NCBI GenBank assembly: GCA_964593885.1
Contig: CAZQKK010000002.1
Location: 84,363-148,362 of the forward strand
DNA: 64,000 bases
Direction of reading: 5' to 3'
DNA from: an uncultured Candidatus Saccharibacteria bacterium
Lineage (GTDB): Bacteria > Patescibacteriota > UBA1384 > CAILIB01
This document shows positions 22,091 through 32,755 of this stretch, in pieces. Positions within the stretch are counted from its first letter, which is position 1; each line of letters opens with the position of its first letter. Position numbers and translations under genes: made by a program. Below the pieces are notes generated by a model. The model was not told the origin of the DNA, made no database searches, and was given only the letters and a program-made list of their open reading frames with translations.

Positions 22091-22807
22091 ATGCGACAGT
22101 ACGTCATTCCAAACCTCCAAAACTACACACTCAGAGATGCAACCTCTGACTACAATGCCTCAGACCTGCAGGTAAAGCGCGATGCTTTGGCATCAAAAGT
22201 TATTGAAGAGCTTACCTACTTCTTTGGCGAAGGTTGTCCAGCAATTGCGGTAATTAAGGAGAAAGGTCTTCTACCCTTCATGTGGGTTATGGGAGCAGAT
22301 GACAACCAGGAAGATATTAAGCGAATTTTCCACGTTGATGACCACACCGCGCAGGGGATTCGCCACATTCTCAACCTTGCAGACATTCTTGCTCCAAAGA
22401 AGGTGGGATCCCAGTACCTCCTCCGTACCGCCAGAGATGTGGTACTTGCGGTAGATGACCTCCCATACAAGGAAAGAGAGGAGGTTGTCGTGCTCCTCGT
22501 TGACGCATCACAGCTCATCATTCATAGGGAACTCATCAGTGTGGGTGGAATTGATGGTGCTACACTCAACCCTTCAGATGTTCTCGTACCGGTAATTCAA
22601 CGTGGTGCTCCTGCTTTTGTCCTCGTTCACAACCACCCATCTGGTGATCCAACTCCAAGCCAGGTTGACCTAGACTTCACTGCCAGGGTAAAAGAAGCTT
22701 CGGTACTGATGAAGAAAGCTTTTTTAGACCACGTCATTGTTAGTTCACATGGGATGAGAAGCTGCCTGGATGTCTTGGAGAGTAAATCTGTTGACAAGCA
22801 GGAGTAG
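22091..22807 (+). CDS. radC: RadC-like JAB/MPN-domain protein (UPF0758 family). The ATG is at 22091; the track's TTG start at 22073 is less likely.
   Basis: JAB signature VLVHNHPSGDPTPSQVDLDFTARVKEASVLMKKAFLDHVIVSS. Confidence 0.8.
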   Translation: MRQYVIPNLQNYTLRDATSDYNASDLQVKRDALASKVIEELTYFFGEGCPAIAVIKEKGLLPFMWVMGADDNQEDIKRIFHVDDHTAQGIRHILNLADILAPKKVGSQYLLRTARDVVLAVDDLPYKEREEVVVLLVDASQLIIHRELISVGGIDGATLNPSDVLVPVIQRGAPAFVLVHNHPSGDPTPSQVDLDFTARVKEASVLMKKAFLDHVIVSSHGMRSCLDVLESKSVDKQE

Positions 22808-22820
22808 TTTCGTCTATAAT
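22791..22820 (+). promoter_or_regulatory. Near-consensus sigma70 promoter for tuf, lying within the 3' end of the radC-like gene.
   Basis: TTGACA, an 18-nt spacer, then TATAAT. An AAAGGAG RBS sits 6 nt before the tuf ATG at 22908. Confidence 0.6.
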
Positions 22821-22907
22821 CACCTCTGATACGGTTACTGCCGCTTTTCTGTGGTTGTAGCATCAAATTACAAAATTACGTTCACGTAACAGTTGAAAGG
22901 AGTTTGC

Positions 22908-24086
22908 ATGGCAGAGATGTTCCAACGTACAAAGCCTCACGTAAATGTAGGTACCATTGGTCACGTTGACCACGGTAAGACTACCCTTACGGCAGCTATT
23001 TGTACCATTCTTGCAAAGAAGGGTCTTTCACAGGCTCGTAGCTATGCAGATATCGACAATGCCCCAGAAGAGAAGGCACGTGGTATTACCATCGCCACCT
23101 CTCACCAGGAGTACGAGTCAGCAGTTCGTCACTACGCACACGTTGACTGTCCAGGTCACGCAGACTACGTAAAGAACATGATTACGGGTGCTGCTCAGAT
23201 GGATGCTGCAATTCTTGTAGTATCTGCTGCTGACGGTCCAATGCCACAGACTCGTGAGCACATCCTGCTCGCTTCTCAGGTAGGTGTTAAGAACATTGTC
23301 GTCTTCCTGAACAAGGTAGATATGGCAGATGAAGACCTCCTTGAGCTAGTAGAGGTTGAGGTTCGTGACCTCCTTTCTAAGTACGGCTTCCCAGGAGATG
23401 ACGTTCCAGTTATCAAGGGATCAGCTCTCAAGGCTCTTGAGGGTGACGCTAAGTACGAAGAGGCTATCATGGAGCTCGTAAGCGCCCTTGATACCTACGT
23501 TCCAGATCCAGTTCGTGAAACCGACAAGCCACTCCTTATGCCTGTTGAGGATGTATTCTCAATCAAAGGCCGCGGAACAGTTGCTACCGGTCGTATCGAG
23601 CGCGGTACTGTTAAGGTAGGTGAAGAGGTAGAGATCGTTGGTATCAAGCCAACCAAGAAGGTTATTGTTACCGGAGTAGAAATGTTCCGCAAACAGCTTG
23701 AGCGCGGTGAAGCTGGTGACAACGTTGGTCTCCTCATGCGTGGTATTGAGCGCGAAGACATTGAGCGTGGTCAGGTTATCGCTAAGTCAGGTTCAATTAC
23801 TCCTCACACAGACTTTGACTCAGAAGTATACGTACTCTCTAAGGAAGAAGGCGGACGCCACACTCCATTCTCAAAGGGCTACAAACCACAGTTCTACGTT
23901 CGTACAACAGACGTAACTGGTGAGGTTGTTCTCCCAGATGGTGTAGAAATGGTTATGCCAGGAGACACCGTTAAGATGAAGGTTTCCCTTATCGTACCGG
24001 TAGCTATGGAAGATGGTATGCGTTTCGCTATCCGCGAAGGTGGACGTACCGTAGGTTCTGGTGTAGTAACCAAGATCCTCAAATAA
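22908..24086 (+). CDS. tuf: Elongation factor Tu.
   Basis: [43 protein letters not shown]. Confidence 0.97.
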   Translation: MAEMFQRTKPHVNVGTIGHVDHGKTTLTAAICTILAKKGLSQARSYADIDNAPEEKARGITIATSHQEYESAVRHYAHVDCPGHADYVKNMITGAAQMDAAILVVSAADGPMPQTREHILLASQVGVKNIVVFLNKVDMADEDLLELVEVEVRDLLSKYGFPGDDVPVIKGSALKALEGDAKYEEAIMELVSALDTYVPDPVRETDKPLLMPVEDVFSIKGRGTVATGRIERGTVKVGEEVEIVGIKPTKKVIVTGVEMFRKQLERGEAGDNVGLLMRGIEREDIERGQVIAKSGSITPHTDFDSEVYVLSKEEGGRHTPFSKGYKPQFYVRTTDVTGEVVLPDGVEMVMPGDTVKMKVSLIVPVAMEDGMRFAIREGGRTVGSGVVTKILK

Positions 24087-24104
24087 GTTTTCAGTACACG
24101 TAGT

Positions 24105-24120
24105 CCCGCCCTTGGGCGGG
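24105..24120 (+). terminator. GC hairpin after tuf, a weak terminator or attenuator.
   Basis: cccgccc-ttg-ggcggg followed by attcgtgtgtt. Confidence 0.4.
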
Positions 24121-24171
24121 ATTCGTGTGTTGAGAACCAAACATCAACTCAACAAGTAGTAATTTCACGGA

Positions 24172-24489
24172 ATGGCCGAAGCAGCAAAGCAGAAAATTCG
24201 CATCAGACTCAAAGCTTACGATTACCGTATCATTGATAAGTCTGCAAAGCACATCATTGATACCGCCGTACGTACTGGCGCAAGCGTTGTTGGACCTATC
24301 CCACTTCCTACAGACCGCAAGATTACTACCGTTCTCAGAAGTCCTCACGTTGATAAGGACTCCCGTGAACAGTTTGAGATGCGCATCCACAAGCGCTTGA
24401 TTGACGTTCTTGACCCAACATCCTCTACAATTGACTCTCTGATGAACCTAGACCTGCCTGCAGGTGTAGACATCGAGATCAAGATGTAG
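24172..24489 (+). CDS. rpsJ: 30S ribosomal protein S10.
   Basis: [24 protein letters not shown]. Confidence 0.95.
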   Translation: MAEAAKQKIRIRLKAYDYRIIDKSAKHIIDTAVRTGASVVGPIPLPTDRKITTVLRSPHVDKDSREQFEMRIHKRLIDVLDPTSSTIDSLMNLDLPAGVDIEIKM

Positions 24490-24551
24490 TCAACCCTATC
24501 CACCCCTAGAAAGCAGAACCTCTGGTACACCGTGCCACGTTCGGAGACACC

Positions 24552-25157
24552 ATGACACCGCTCCTCGGCTACAAACTGGGAATGACCCGCGTCTTTGATG
24601 CGAACGGTCGTGCAGTGCCTGTTACCGCCATCCAGGTACAGGATTGCTTTGTTACCCAGGTAAAAACACAAGAGAAGGATGGTTACACAGCCATTCAGGT
24701 TGGTACTGGCACCAAACGCCACCCAAACAAGCCACTGGCTGGACACACCAAGAACCTAGAGGCAACCCCTCAGTTCCTTGTAGAGTTTAGACTCGACGAT
24801 GTTGCTGATTTTGCCGTAGGTCAGAAACTTGACCTCTCATCAGTAGAAACGGGAAACCGCCTCAAGCTGGTTGGGATGAGTAAAGGTAAGGGATTTGCCG
24901 GAGTTATCAAGCGCCACAACTTTAGTCGTGGTCCAGAAACTCACGGTTCAGACCACCACCGAGCTCCGGGTTCTATTGGTTCAATGTTCCCTCAGCACGT
25001 TATGAAGGGTAAGGGAATGCCAGGACGTATGGGTTACGATCAGCAAACCCTCCGTAAAGTTGAAGTCATTGACGTGCTACCAGGGGAGCAGCTGCTCCTC
25101 GTAAAGGGACCTGTACCAGGCATCCGTGGTGCTCTCGTCCAGATTTCCCCAATGTAA
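24552..25157 (+). CDS. rplC: 50S ribosomal protein L3.
   Basis: [24 protein letters not shown]...[13 protein letters not shown]. Confidence 0.95.
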   Translation: MTPLLGYKLGMTRVFDANGRAVPVTAIQVQDCFVTQVKTQEKDGYTAIQVGTGTKRHPNKPLAGHTKNLEATPQFLVEFRLDDVADFAVGQKLDLSSVETGNRLKLVGMSKGKGFAGVIKRHNFSRGPETHGSDHHRAPGSIGSMFPQHVMKGKGMPGRMGYDQQTLRKVEVIDVLPGEQLLLVKGPVPGIRGALVQISPM

Positions 25158-25167
25158 GGGCCTCCAT

Positions 25168-25794
25168 ATGTCTACATTCAAACTCTACACACTCGAAGGA
25201 AAGTCTGCCGGAACGGTTGCAAAACCCTCTCTCTTTGAGACTCCGGTAAATGAATCCCTCATTCACCGTTACTACATCTGGGTACGCACCATGCTGCGTA
25301 ACAACCTCGCCCACACCAAAACCCGTGGTGAGGTATCTGGAGGCGGAAAGAAGCCTTGGAAGCAAAAGGGAACCGGTCGCGCTCGAAGCGGATCAACCCG
25401 AAACCCAATCTGGCGTCACGGTGGTACCATCTTTGGACCACGTACCAGCCAAACCTTTGCAACCCGTATGCCACGTGGCGAACGTCGTAAGGCGCTCTTC
25501 TCAGCTCTCGCTAGCAAAGCTAACAGCGTTATTGTTCTTGAAACACCTCGCACAGGTGCTAAGACCAAAGAGAGTGTTGCACTCTTCAAAGCTCTCAACA
25601 TCAGTGGCAAAAAGGTTCTTGAGATCCACTCTGAGTACGAAGCTGCAGCATTCGCTGCCAGCAAGAACATCCCAGGTGTTGTTTCAAAGACTGTTTCACA
25701 CGCAAACATTATCGACATCCTCCACGCTGATGTTCTCTTGTTCACCAAGGACTCACTTGAGGCATTCGACAAGCACTTCAACCCTGCCGTATGA
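25168..25794 (+). CDS. rplD: 50S ribosomal protein L4. The ATG at 25168 was chosen; the track ORF begins earlier and overlaps rplC.
   Basis: KPWKQKGTGRARSGSTRNPIWRHGG. Confidence 0.9.
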   Translation: MSTFKLYTLEGKSAGTVAKPSLFETPVNESLIHRYYIWVRTMLRNNLAHTKTRGEVSGGGKKPWKQKGTGRARSGSTRNPIWRHGGTIFGPRTSQTFATRMPRGERRKALFSALASKANSVIVLETPRTGAKTKESVALFKALNISGKKVLEIHSEYEAAAFAASKNIPGVVSKTVSHANIIDILHADVLLFTKDSLEAFDKHFNPAV

Positions 25795-26099
25795 AGACTC
25801 CACTAGCCCCACACATCACCGAGAAGGCATACTCACTCATTTCTGAGGAAAAGGGTATCGCTAATCACTACACCTTCAAGGTTGCTAAGACCCTCCGTAA
25901 GGAGCACATCAAGGCAATGATTGAACGTGAGTTCAAGGTGCACATCACCAACATTCGTACTATCAACCTCCCAGGTAAAGTTAGGGTTTTCAAGGGTAAG
26001 GCTGGCCACACTCAGGCAACCAAGAAGGCAATTGTTCGCCTGAAGGTTGGTGAGAAGATTGCTGCCTTTGATCTGAAATCCAACGAGGAGACTAAGTAA
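25791..26099 (+). CDS. rplW: 50S ribosomal protein L23.
   Basis: Position in the operon and the [21 protein letters not shown] pattern. Confidence 0.85.
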   Translation: MKTPLAPHITEKAYSLISEEKGIANHYTFKVAKTLRKEHIKAMIEREFKVHITNIRTINLPGKVRVFKGKAGHTQATKKAIVRLKVGEKIAAFDLKSNEETK

Positions 26100-26104
26100 G
26101 TCCT

Positions 26105-26941
26105 ATGGCACTCAAACGCTACAAACCAACTTCCGACGGTCGTCGGAACATGACCTCCCAGGACTTTGCTGGCCTCACCAAGGTTGAGCCTCAGAAGTCA
26201 CTCCTCGTGCCTCTCAAGAAGCGCGGCGGACGCAACAACGCTGGTAGAATTACCGTTCGTCACCAAGGCGGAGGTGCTGCTCGTATGTACCGTCTCATCG
26301 ACTTCAAGCGTAACAAAGATGGCATGAAGGCCACCGTTACCTCCGTTGAGTACGATCCAAACCGCTCTTCAAACATCGCCCTCCTTACCTACACTGACGG
26401 TGAGAAGCGCTACGTCCTCTCTCCAATGGAAGTTACCGTTGGTGACACCATTGAGAATGGTTCAGAGGCTCCAATTCGTCCAGGAAACTCACTTCCAATC
26501 AAGGACATTCCTATTGGTATCCAGATTCACAACATCGAGCTTCAGCCAGGCAAAGGCGGACAGCTTGCTCGTTCTGCTGGTGTATCTGTTACGCTCTTGG
26601 CGAAAGAGGGGAAATATGCTACCATCAAGCTCGCAAGTGGTGAGCTCCGCAAGGTTCTCGTAACCTGCCGGGCAACCATCGGTCAGATTGGTAACAACCT
26701 CCACTCTTCCGTGATTATCGGAAAAGCAGGTCGCCAACGCCACCTCGGTATTCGCCCAACTGTTAAGGGTAAAGGCATGAGTCCTCGCTCCCACCCACAC
26801 GGTGGTGGTGAAGGTCACAGCCCTATCGGTCTCAAGAAAGGTCCTAAGACTCCTTGGGGTGCCCTTGCACTAGGTGTGAAGACACGTCACCGAAAGAACC
26901 CAACCAACGTCTTTATCCTCGCACGTCGTAAGAAACGTTAA
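26105..26941 (+). CDS. rplB: 50S ribosomal protein L2.
   Basis: [16 protein letters not shown]...[12 protein letters not shown]. Confidence 0.95.
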   Translation: MALKRYKPTSDGRRNMTSQDFAGLTKVEPQKSLLVPLKKRGGRNNAGRITVRHQGGGAARMYRLIDFKRNKDGMKATVTSVEYDPNRSSNIALLTYTDGEKRYVLSPMEVTVGDTIENGSEAPIRPGNSLPIKDIPIGIQIHNIELQPGKGGQLARSAGVSVTLLAKEGKYATIKLASGELRKVLVTCRATIGQIGNNLHSSVIIGKAGRQRHLGIRPTVKGKGMSPRSHPHGGGEGHSPIGLKKGPKTPWGALALGVKTRHRKNPTNVFILARRKKR

Positions 26942-26946
26942 CCGCC

Positions 26947-27222
26947 ATGTCACGATCACTCAAAAAAGGACCGTTTATTGACGCCAAGCTCGTAAAAAAG
27001 CTTGCAGACGTTAAAATTGGTGACAAAACTGTCGTAAAGACATGGAGTCGTTCTTCTACCATCTCACCAGATATGGTTGGAAAGACCATTGGTGTGCACA
27101 ACGGACGTATCCACGTTCCAGTACACGTCATTGAAGACATGGTTGGACACAAGCTTGGTGAGTTTGCGCTAACCCGCAAGTTCCTCCGTCACGGCGGCAA
27201 GAAAGCAAAGATGGGAGCCTAA
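26947..27222 (+). CDS. rpsS: 30S ribosomal protein S19.
   Basis: [12 protein letters not shown]...[24 protein letters not shown]. Confidence 0.95.
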   Translation: MSRSLKKGPFIDAKLVKKLADVKIGDKTVVKTWSRSSTISPDMVGKTIGVHNGRIHVPVHVIEDMVGHKLGEFALTRKFLRHGGKKAKMGA

Positions 27223-27641
27223 TGACTACAGAAGTTACTCACCACACATACTCTATTAGAATCGCTCCTCGCAAGCTGAGGCTTGTTATTGATAAGGTTC
27301 GTCACATGAAGGCTTCACACGCCCTCCAGGTGCTTCCTCTCGTCAATAAGCGTGGTGCTCTAGATATCAAGAATGCCGTTAAGGCTGCTATGCACGCTGC
27401 TGAAGACCTCAACCTCGATCCTGCATCACTTGTTATTCAGCAGGCTTGGATTGATGAGGCTAAAGCACTCAAGCGTTCAATTCCACAGTCACGTGGTCGT
27501 TCAGCAATGATTATGAAGAAGTACAGCCACATTGGTCTCGTCCTCAAGGGTGAGCCAAAGGCAAAAGTCTCTAAGAAAGCTAAAGCTGTAAAAGCTGAAG
27601 CCCCAGAGCAGACAGAATCAGCAGCAAAGGAACAGGAGTAG
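27222..27641 (+). CDS. rplV: 50S ribosomal protein L22.
   Basis: [27 protein letters not shown]. Confidence 0.9.
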   Translation: MTTEVTHHTYSIRIAPRKLRLVIDKVRHMKASHALQVLPLVNKRGALDIKNAVKAAMHAAEDLNLDPASLVIQQAWIDEAKALKRSIPQSRGRSAMIMKKYSHIGLVLKGEPKAKVSKKAKAVKAEAPEQTESAAKEQE

Positions 27642-27642
27642 T

Positions 27643-28341
27643 ATGGGACAGAAAGTTAATCCTGTAGGCGTCCGTATCGGTTTCAACAAGGGTTGGGTAA
27701 GCCATTGGTTTGCTGGCAAAAACTTTGCAAGCGCACTCCAAGAAGATGCTGCCATCCGTCAGGTAATCGAGAAGCGCTACCACCACTCTGGTGTGTCAGC
27801 TGTTGAGATCTACCGCAACCGCGGCGACATCGTTATTTCAATCTACTCAAGCAAGCCTGGTATCATCATCGGCCGCAGCGGAGTAGGTGCCCAGGAGCTT
27901 CGCGCCAAGCTTGAGAAGGCTATCCAGGTTATCCGCAAGTCAACCGACAAGGTTACCATGCGTGTTAACATTGTTGAGGCCAGAACTCCAGAGCTCAACG
28001 CAAAGCTCGTAGCTGAAACCATCGCCAACCAGATTGAGCGTCGTATCTCAGTGAAACGCGCCATGAAGCAAGCTATCGAGAGAACCATGGAGAAGCGTGC
28101 TAAGGGTATCAAGATCAAGATCTCAGGTCGTCTCAACGGGGCAGAAATTGCCCGCAACGAGGCAGCTGCCGCTGGTTCAATCCCTCTCCAGACACTCCGT
28201 AGCGATATTAGCTACGCTCTTGCTCAGGCAAACACCACCTACGGTGTTATCGGAGTGAAGGTTTGGATCTACCTCGGTGACTCAGACCAGATGCCAATCG
28301 CTGGAAGCCCAGAGCAACAGCGTTCAAGTAGTAAGCGATAG
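27643..28341 (+). CDS. rpsC: 30S ribosomal protein S3.
   Basis: [13 protein letters not shown]...KH domain. Confidence 0.95.
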   Translation: MGQKVNPVGVRIGFNKGWVSHWFAGKNFASALQEDAAIRQVIEKRYHHSGVSAVEIYRNRGDIVISIYSSKPGIIIGRSGVGAQELRAKLEKAIQVIRKSTDKVTMRVNIVEARTPELNAKLVAETIANQIERRISVKRAMKQAIERTMEKRAKGIKIKISGRLNGAEIARNEAAAAGSIPLQTLRSDISYALAQANTTYGVIGVKVWIYLGDSDQMPIAGSPEQQRSSSKR

Positions 28342-28343
28342 TC

Positions 28344-28760
28344 ATGCTCTCACCAAAGAAACTCAAGTATCGAAAGCCACAACGTGGCACCATGGGTGGT
28401 CCTGCTACCCGCGGTATTACCGTTGCATTTGGCGAATTCGGTCTCAAATCAATGGGTAGGGGATGGGTATCTGCTCGCGAAATCGAAGCTGCTCGTCGTG
28501 CCATGACCCGTCACATTAAGCGTGGTGGTCAGGTATGGATCCGCGTCTTCCCACAGAAACCAGTTACCAATCACGGAAGTGAAGCAGTAATGGGATCAGG
28601 TAAGGGTGCAGTAGACTTCTTCGTTGCAGTTATTAGGCCAGGACAGGTTCTCTTCGAGATGGCAGGGGTCACGGAAGAGCTCGCACGTGAGGCTATGCGC
28701 CTTGCATCACACAAGCTTTCAGTTCCCACCAAGTTCGTTGTAAAGGAGAAGAGTCTCTAG
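28344..28760 (+). CDS. rplP: 50S ribosomal protein L16.
   Basis: [15 protein letters not shown]...[24 protein letters not shown]. Confidence 0.95.
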   Translation: MLSPKKLKYRKPQRGTMGGPATRGITVAFGEFGLKSMGRGWVSAREIEAARRAMTRHIKRGGQVWIRVFPQKPVTNHGSEAVMGSGKGAVDFFVAVIRPGQVLFEMAGVTEELAREAMRLASHKLSVPTKFVVKEKSL

Positions 28761-28761
28761 T

Positions 28762-28995
28762 ATGAATACCCCAAAAACCCCAACCATGAAGGTTACCGTG
28801 GTGAAGAAGAGCAGCGCTCAGACCATCCGCGTTTCCCTAAAGATTGCAAAGGTTCACCCTATCTACAAGAAGCGATACACCATCACCCGTCACTACCTCG
28901 TGCACGATGAGGCTGGTACCGCCGAAGTAGGCCAGGAGATCACCATTGTTTCTTGCCGACCAATCAGTAAGCTCAAGCACTGGAAGGTCGCCTAA
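28762..28995 (+). CDS. rpsQ: 30S ribosomal protein S17. It follows L16 directly, with no rpmC between them.
   Basis: VHPIYKKRYTITRHYLVHDE...SCRPISKLKHWKV. Confidence 0.9.
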   Translation: MNTPKTPTMKVTVVKKSSAQTIRVSLKIAKVHPIYKKRYTITRHYLVHDEAGTAEVGQEITIVSCRPISKLKHWKVA

Positions 28996-28999
28996 CAGA

Positions 29000-29028
29000 T
29001 TGACCAATCAGGTAGCTTCAGCTACTAT
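29000..29028 (+). promoter_or_regulatory. Candidate spc-operon promoter.
   Basis: TTGACC, a 17-nt spacer, then TACTAT in the 54-nt S17-L14 gap. Confidence 0.45.
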
Positions 29029-29049
29029 AGCCAGGTACATTTTCGTCAT

Positions 29050-29421
29050 ATGATCCAACCATACTCACGCCTCAAAGTGGCAGACAATACGGGAGCCAAA
29101 GAGCTCCAAGTCATCACCGTTCTCGGTGGTGCTAAGCGCGATGGTGCTCAAATTGGAGACATCGTCTCTGCTTCTGTTAAGAGTGCGTCACCAGATGGCA
29201 CGGTTAAGAAGAAGGAAGTGGTTAAGGCAGTGATTGCTCGTACCGTCCAAATCTACCAGCGTGCCGACGGTTCAACTGTCAGATTTGACGATAATGCCGC
29301 TATCATCATCAACCCAGCTGATAAGACTCCTCGCGGAACCCGTGTCTTCGGACCAATTCCTCGTGAGCTTCGTGACCGCGGGTACATGAAGATTATTTCT
29401 CTCGCACCCGAAGTTGTCTAA
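29050..29421 (+). CDS. rplN: 50S ribosomal protein L14.
   Basis: [22 protein letters not shown]. Confidence 0.95.
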   Translation: MIQPYSRLKVADNTGAKELQVITVLGGAKRDGAQIGDIVSASVKSASPDGTVKKKEVVKAVIARTVQIYQRADGSTVRFDDNAAIIINPADKTPRGTRVFGPIPRELRDRGYMKIISLAPEVV

Positions 29422-29746
29422 CATGCCACGTACCACCATCAAAAAGGGCGATAACGTCCAAATCATTTCAGGTAAAGAGCGCGGCAAGCGCGGCACCATT
29501 GAGAGGGTAATCCCTGCAACAAATCGTGTTGTGGTTGCTGGTTTGAACATGGTTAAGCGTCACCTCAAGCCAACCAGGAGCAATCCTAGGGGCGGAATTG
29601 TCGATAAGCCAGGTTCACTCCACCGTTCAAACGTTATGGTTATCTGCCCACAAACAGACAAGCCAACACGTGTGTCACACCAAACTGGCGCAAATGGCGC
29701 TAAGAACCGCACATCAAAAGCAGGTGTAAACCTGGACAGCAAGTAG
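29414..29746 (+). CDS. rplX: 50S ribosomal protein L24.
   Basis: [23 protein letters not shown] (KOW). Confidence 0.9.
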   Translation: MSNMPRTTIKKGDNVQIISGKERGKRGTIERVIPATNRVVVAGLNMVKRHLKPTRSNPRGGIVDKPGSLHRSNVMVICPQTDKPTRVSHQTGANGAKNRTSKAGVNLDSK

Positions 29747-29752
29747 TACTAT

Positions 29753-30292
29753 ATGCACCCATTCGTTAAACTCTACCAAGACGTGGCAGTACCAAAGCTC
29801 AAGGAGAATTTCTCCTACGCTTCGGTGTACACCATCCCGAAAATCGAGAAGGTAGTGGTAAACGTTGGCCTCGGTGATGTCCTGACAAACTCAGGTACCG
29901 TAGATCAAGTTGCCGCTCTCATCACCAAAATCACTGGTCAGAAGCCAGTACCTACCAAAGCTCGCAAGGCTGTGGCAGGATTTAAGATTCGCCAAGGTAT
30001 GGTTGTTGGCCTCAAAACCACCCTTAGGGGCGAGAGAATGAACGACTTCCTCCAGAAGCTTTCAGTTATTGCGCTCCCTCGATCACGAGACTTCCGTGGT
30101 CTCAATCCAGGCGCAATTACCCCTAATGGCAGCTTGCACATCGGGATCAAAGATAGTATGATCTTCCCTGAAGTCGCCCAAGAGAATCTCTCTCACCCAC
30201 TTCAAGTTACTCTTGTGGCATCAACCAGCTCTCTTGCAGAAGCTCAGTCACTCTACGAGTCTCTTGGATTCGTATTTCAAGGTAAGAATTAA
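29753..30292 (+). CDS. rplE: 50S ribosomal protein L5.
   Basis: Operon position and the [16 protein letters not shown] motifs. Confidence 0.9.
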   Translation: MHPFVKLYQDVAVPKLKENFSYASVYTIPKIEKVVVNVGLGDVLTNSGTVDQVAALITKITGQKPVPTKARKAVAGFKIRQGMVVGLKTTLRGERMNDFLQKLSVIALPRSRDFRGLNPGAITPNGSLHIGIKDSMIFPEVAQENLSHPLQVTLVASTSSLAEAQSLYESLGFVFQGKN

Positions 30293-30294
30293 CC

Positions 30295-30480
30295 ATGGCA
30301 CGTACAGCACTCAAACTTAAGGCTGCCCGCACTCCAAAGTTTTCTACGCGTATTCAGCGTCGTTGCTGGAGGTGTGGCCGCATCCACAGCGTGTACCGCC
30401 ACACTGGTCTCTGCCGTCTCTGTCTGCGTGAAGCAGTACACCGCGGTGAGATTCCAGGTATGAAGAAAGCATCTTGGTAG
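30295..30480 (+). CDS. rpsZ: 30S ribosomal protein S14 type Z (zinc-binding, 61 aa).
   Basis: [20 protein letters not shown]: all four Cys retained. Confidence 0.9.
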   Translation: MARTALKLKAARTPKFSTRIQRRCWRCGRIHSVYRHTGLCRLCLREAVHRGEIPGMKKASW

Positions 30481-30860
30481 CCATGGATCACATCAGCAAC
30501 CTCATCACCTCAATTAGAAACGCCGAGCTCGTAGGGCACGCGTCTCTTTCAGCTCCTTACTCAAACCTCAGTGCTTCAGTACTCAAGGTTCTCAAGGAGA
30601 ACGGCTACATTAAAGACTTCGCTACCAAGAAGGTAGAAGGCTTTGACAGACTCTCAATTACTCTTCCAGAACCAGTAACACGCCACACCTACAAGCGGAT
30701 TAGTACCCCAGGACGCAGGCTCTACACTCCAGTAGACAAGATTCCTACAGTACTTCGTGGACTTGGTATCGTTGTTATCTCAACACCTAAGGGTGTAATG
30801 ACTGGTAAGCAAGCTCGTAAAGAGAACGTGGGCGGAGAGCTCATGTTCCAAGCTTACTAG
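30474..30860 (+). CDS. rpsH: 30S ribosomal protein S8.
   Basis: [15 protein letters not shown]...GGELMFQAY. Confidence 0.9.
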   Translation: MVAMDHISNLITSIRNAELVGHASLSAPYSNLSASVLKVLKENGYIKDFATKKVEGFDRLSITLPEPVTRHTYKRISTPGRRLYTPVDKIPTVLRGLGIVVISTPKGVMTGKQARKENVGGELMFQAY

Positions 30861-30867
30861 GAGGCAC

Positions 30868-31404
30868 ATGTCTAGAATCGGAAAACAGCCAATCACCCTC
30901 CCAGCCGGCACCCAGTTTGTCGCAACAGATGCTCTCTACCAAATCACCGGTAGCAAGGGCACCCTTACTGTTCCTGCATTTGAAGGTGTAGCCGTTGCCC
31001 AAGAAGGGGATACCCTCGTGGTCACCGCTACCTCTGATGAATCAAGAAACTTCCAGGGCCTCGCTCGCACCCTCCTCGCTAATGCCGTTACTGGTGTAAG
31101 TACAGGATGGAGCCGCGTACTCGAGCTTCACGGAGTAGGTATGCGTGCCGCAATGGCAGGAAGCAGCCTCAACCTCAGCCTTGGTTTCTCACACCCAGTT
31201 GTTGTAGAACCACTTGAAGGCATTACCTTTACCATCCAGAAAAACGTCATCACCATTTCCGGAATTGATAAGCAGCTCGTAGGCGAGACTGCTGCCAAGA
31301 TCCGCAGTCTGCGTAAACCTGAGCCTTACAAGGGCAAAGGTATTCGCTACTCTGACGAACATGTTCGTCGCAAGGCTGGTAAGACTGGTAAGGCAGCTAA
31401 GTAG
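30868..31404 (+). CDS. rplF: 50S ribosomal protein L6.
   Basis: MSRIGKQPITLPAG...KGKGIRYSDEHVRRKAGK. Confidence 0.9.
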   Translation: MSRIGKQPITLPAGTQFVATDALYQITGSKGTLTVPAFEGVAVAQEGDTLVVTATSDESRNFQGLARTLLANAVTGVSTGWSRVLELHGVGMRAAMAGSSLNLSLGFSHPVVVEPLEGITFTIQKNVITISGIDKQLVGETAAKIRSLRKPEPYKGKGIRYSDEHVRRKAGKTGKAAK

Positions 31405-31409
31405 TCCAT

Positions 31410-31763
31410 ATGCCACGCACATCAAAAGAAGCCACACAGCTGATCCGTCGTCAGCTTCGCACCAGAGCTAAGCTTGCAGAGAATACCTCAACGCCTCGTT
31501 TGAGTGTCCACAGAAGCCTACGCGGAATGTACGCTCAGATTATCGATGACGTAGCTGGAAAGACCCTCGTTGCCACCTCAGACAAGACCCTCAAGCTCAC
31601 CGGAACCAAAACCTCTAGAGCTGAGTCTGTTGGTACCGAGATTGCAAAACTTGCAACCGCCAAGAAAATTACTGCCGTCCGTTTTGACCGAGGTGCCAGA
31701 AAGTACCACGGCCGAATTGCTGCGCTTGCTGAAGCTGCACGTAAAGGTGGCCTGAAGTTTTAA
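31410..31763 (+). CDS. rplR: 50S ribosomal protein L18.
   Basis: RPRLSVHRSLRGMYAQIIDD...AVRFDRGARKYHGRIAALAEAAR. Confidence 0.9.
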   Translation: MPRTSKEATQLIRRQLRTRAKLAENTSTPRLSVHRSLRGMYAQIIDDVAGKTLVATSDKTLKLTGTKTSRAESVGTEIAKLATAKKITAVRFDRGARKYHGRIAALAEAARKGGLKF

Positions 31764-31766
31764 CCT

Positions 31767-32273
31767 ATGACAGCAATGCAACAGCCACGATCAAACAGTC
31801 GCCGCCGCGACAATACCCCTCAGCAACCTAAGGAGCGTCCTGAGTTTGAGGAGGTAGTAGTTCAGATTGACCGCGTTACCCGTGTGGTAAAGGGTGGTCG
31901 TCGTCTCCGTTTCAGAGCACTTGTTGTTGTGGGCGATAAAAAAGGCCGCGTTGGTGCAGGTGTCGCTAAGGGACAAGAGGTGCAAACCGCTGTCCAGAAA
32001 GCTACCCTCGCTGCCAAGAAGAACCTTATCAAGGTTCCAGTTACCGAGAATGGTTCAATTCCTCACGAGGTTTCATTCCGTTACGGTGCCAGCCAAGTAC
32101 TCCTCATGCCAGCAGCCCAAGGTACCTCAGTTATTGCAGGTGGAGCTGTTAGGTCAGTAGTATCACTTGCCGGTATTGAAAACGTTCTTTCAAAGAGCCT
32201 TGGTTCAAACAACAAGATGAACGTAGTGCGCGCAACACTTGCAGCACTCAAGAGCTTTAAAGAGGTTAAGTAG
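31767..32273 (+). CDS. rpsE: 30S ribosomal protein S5. rplO follows directly, with no rpmD.
   Basis: [38 protein letters not shown]. Confidence 0.95.
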   Translation: MTAMQQPRSNSRRRDNTPQQPKERPEFEEVVVQIDRVTRVVKGGRRLRFRALVVVGDKKGRVGAGVAKGQEVQTAVQKATLAAKKNLIKVPVTENGSIPHEVSFRYGASQVLLMPAAQGTSVIAGGAVRSVVSLAGIENVLSKSLGSNNKMNVVRATLAALKSFKEVK

Positions 32274-32278
32274 GTCAC

Positions 32279-32713
32279 ATGCAACTCCACACACTCAAAA
32301 GTACCAACCCTCGCCCAACCTCTAAACGGGTAGGTAGAGGTAATGGTTCAGGAAAAGGGAATACCTCAGGCCGAGGTAACAAGGGACAGAAGGCTAGGAC
32401 TGGTGCTAACAGCAACATTCCTCGTACCTTCATCGGTGGAAGCACCTCCCTCGTTCAGCGTCTCCCAAAGCTCAAGGGCTTTAAGTCAGCTGCGGTTAAG
32501 CCAGTATCAGTGAGCATGCGCCGCGTTGCTGCAGCTTTCACTGATGGCGAACAGGTAACTCTCCTAGCTCTCATTGAGAAAGGGATTATCTCTCCTCGTG
32601 AGGCGGTTCAGGGAGTAAAAGTTGTTGGCGGCCACGCTGCTACACCTCACACCATCACGTTTGAGGAAAACAACCCAAAGCTTACAGTTTCCAAGCAGCT
32701 TGCCTCCAAGTAG
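32279..32713 (+). CDS. rplO: 50S ribosomal protein L15.
   Basis: KRVGRGNGSGKGNTSGRGNKGQKAR. Confidence 0.9.
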   Translation: MQLHTLKSTNPRPTSKRVGRGNGSGKGNTSGRGNKGQKARTGANSNIPRTFIGGSTSLVQRLPKLKGFKSAAVKPVSVSMRRVAAAFTDGEQVTLLALIEKGIISPREAVQGVKVVGGHAATPHTITFEENNPKLTVSKQLASK

Positions 32714-32755
32714 CAATCCGCTACAATGGTTGGGAAGTAGCAGTAAAGACTCGTA

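Noticed and set aside
22893-22907. Upstream TTG start for tuf, giving [10 protein letters not shown]...
   Set aside because: The canonical EF-Tu N-terminus [11 protein letters not shown] begins at the ATG at 22908, which has an AAAGGAG RBS 6 nt upstream. The TTG start would lie within that RBS.
25250-25846. 198-aa + strand ORF in an alternative frame across rplD and rplW.
   Set aside because: It overlaps two bona fide ribosomal protein genes in a different frame and gives a Ser/Thr/Pro-rich low-complexity product.
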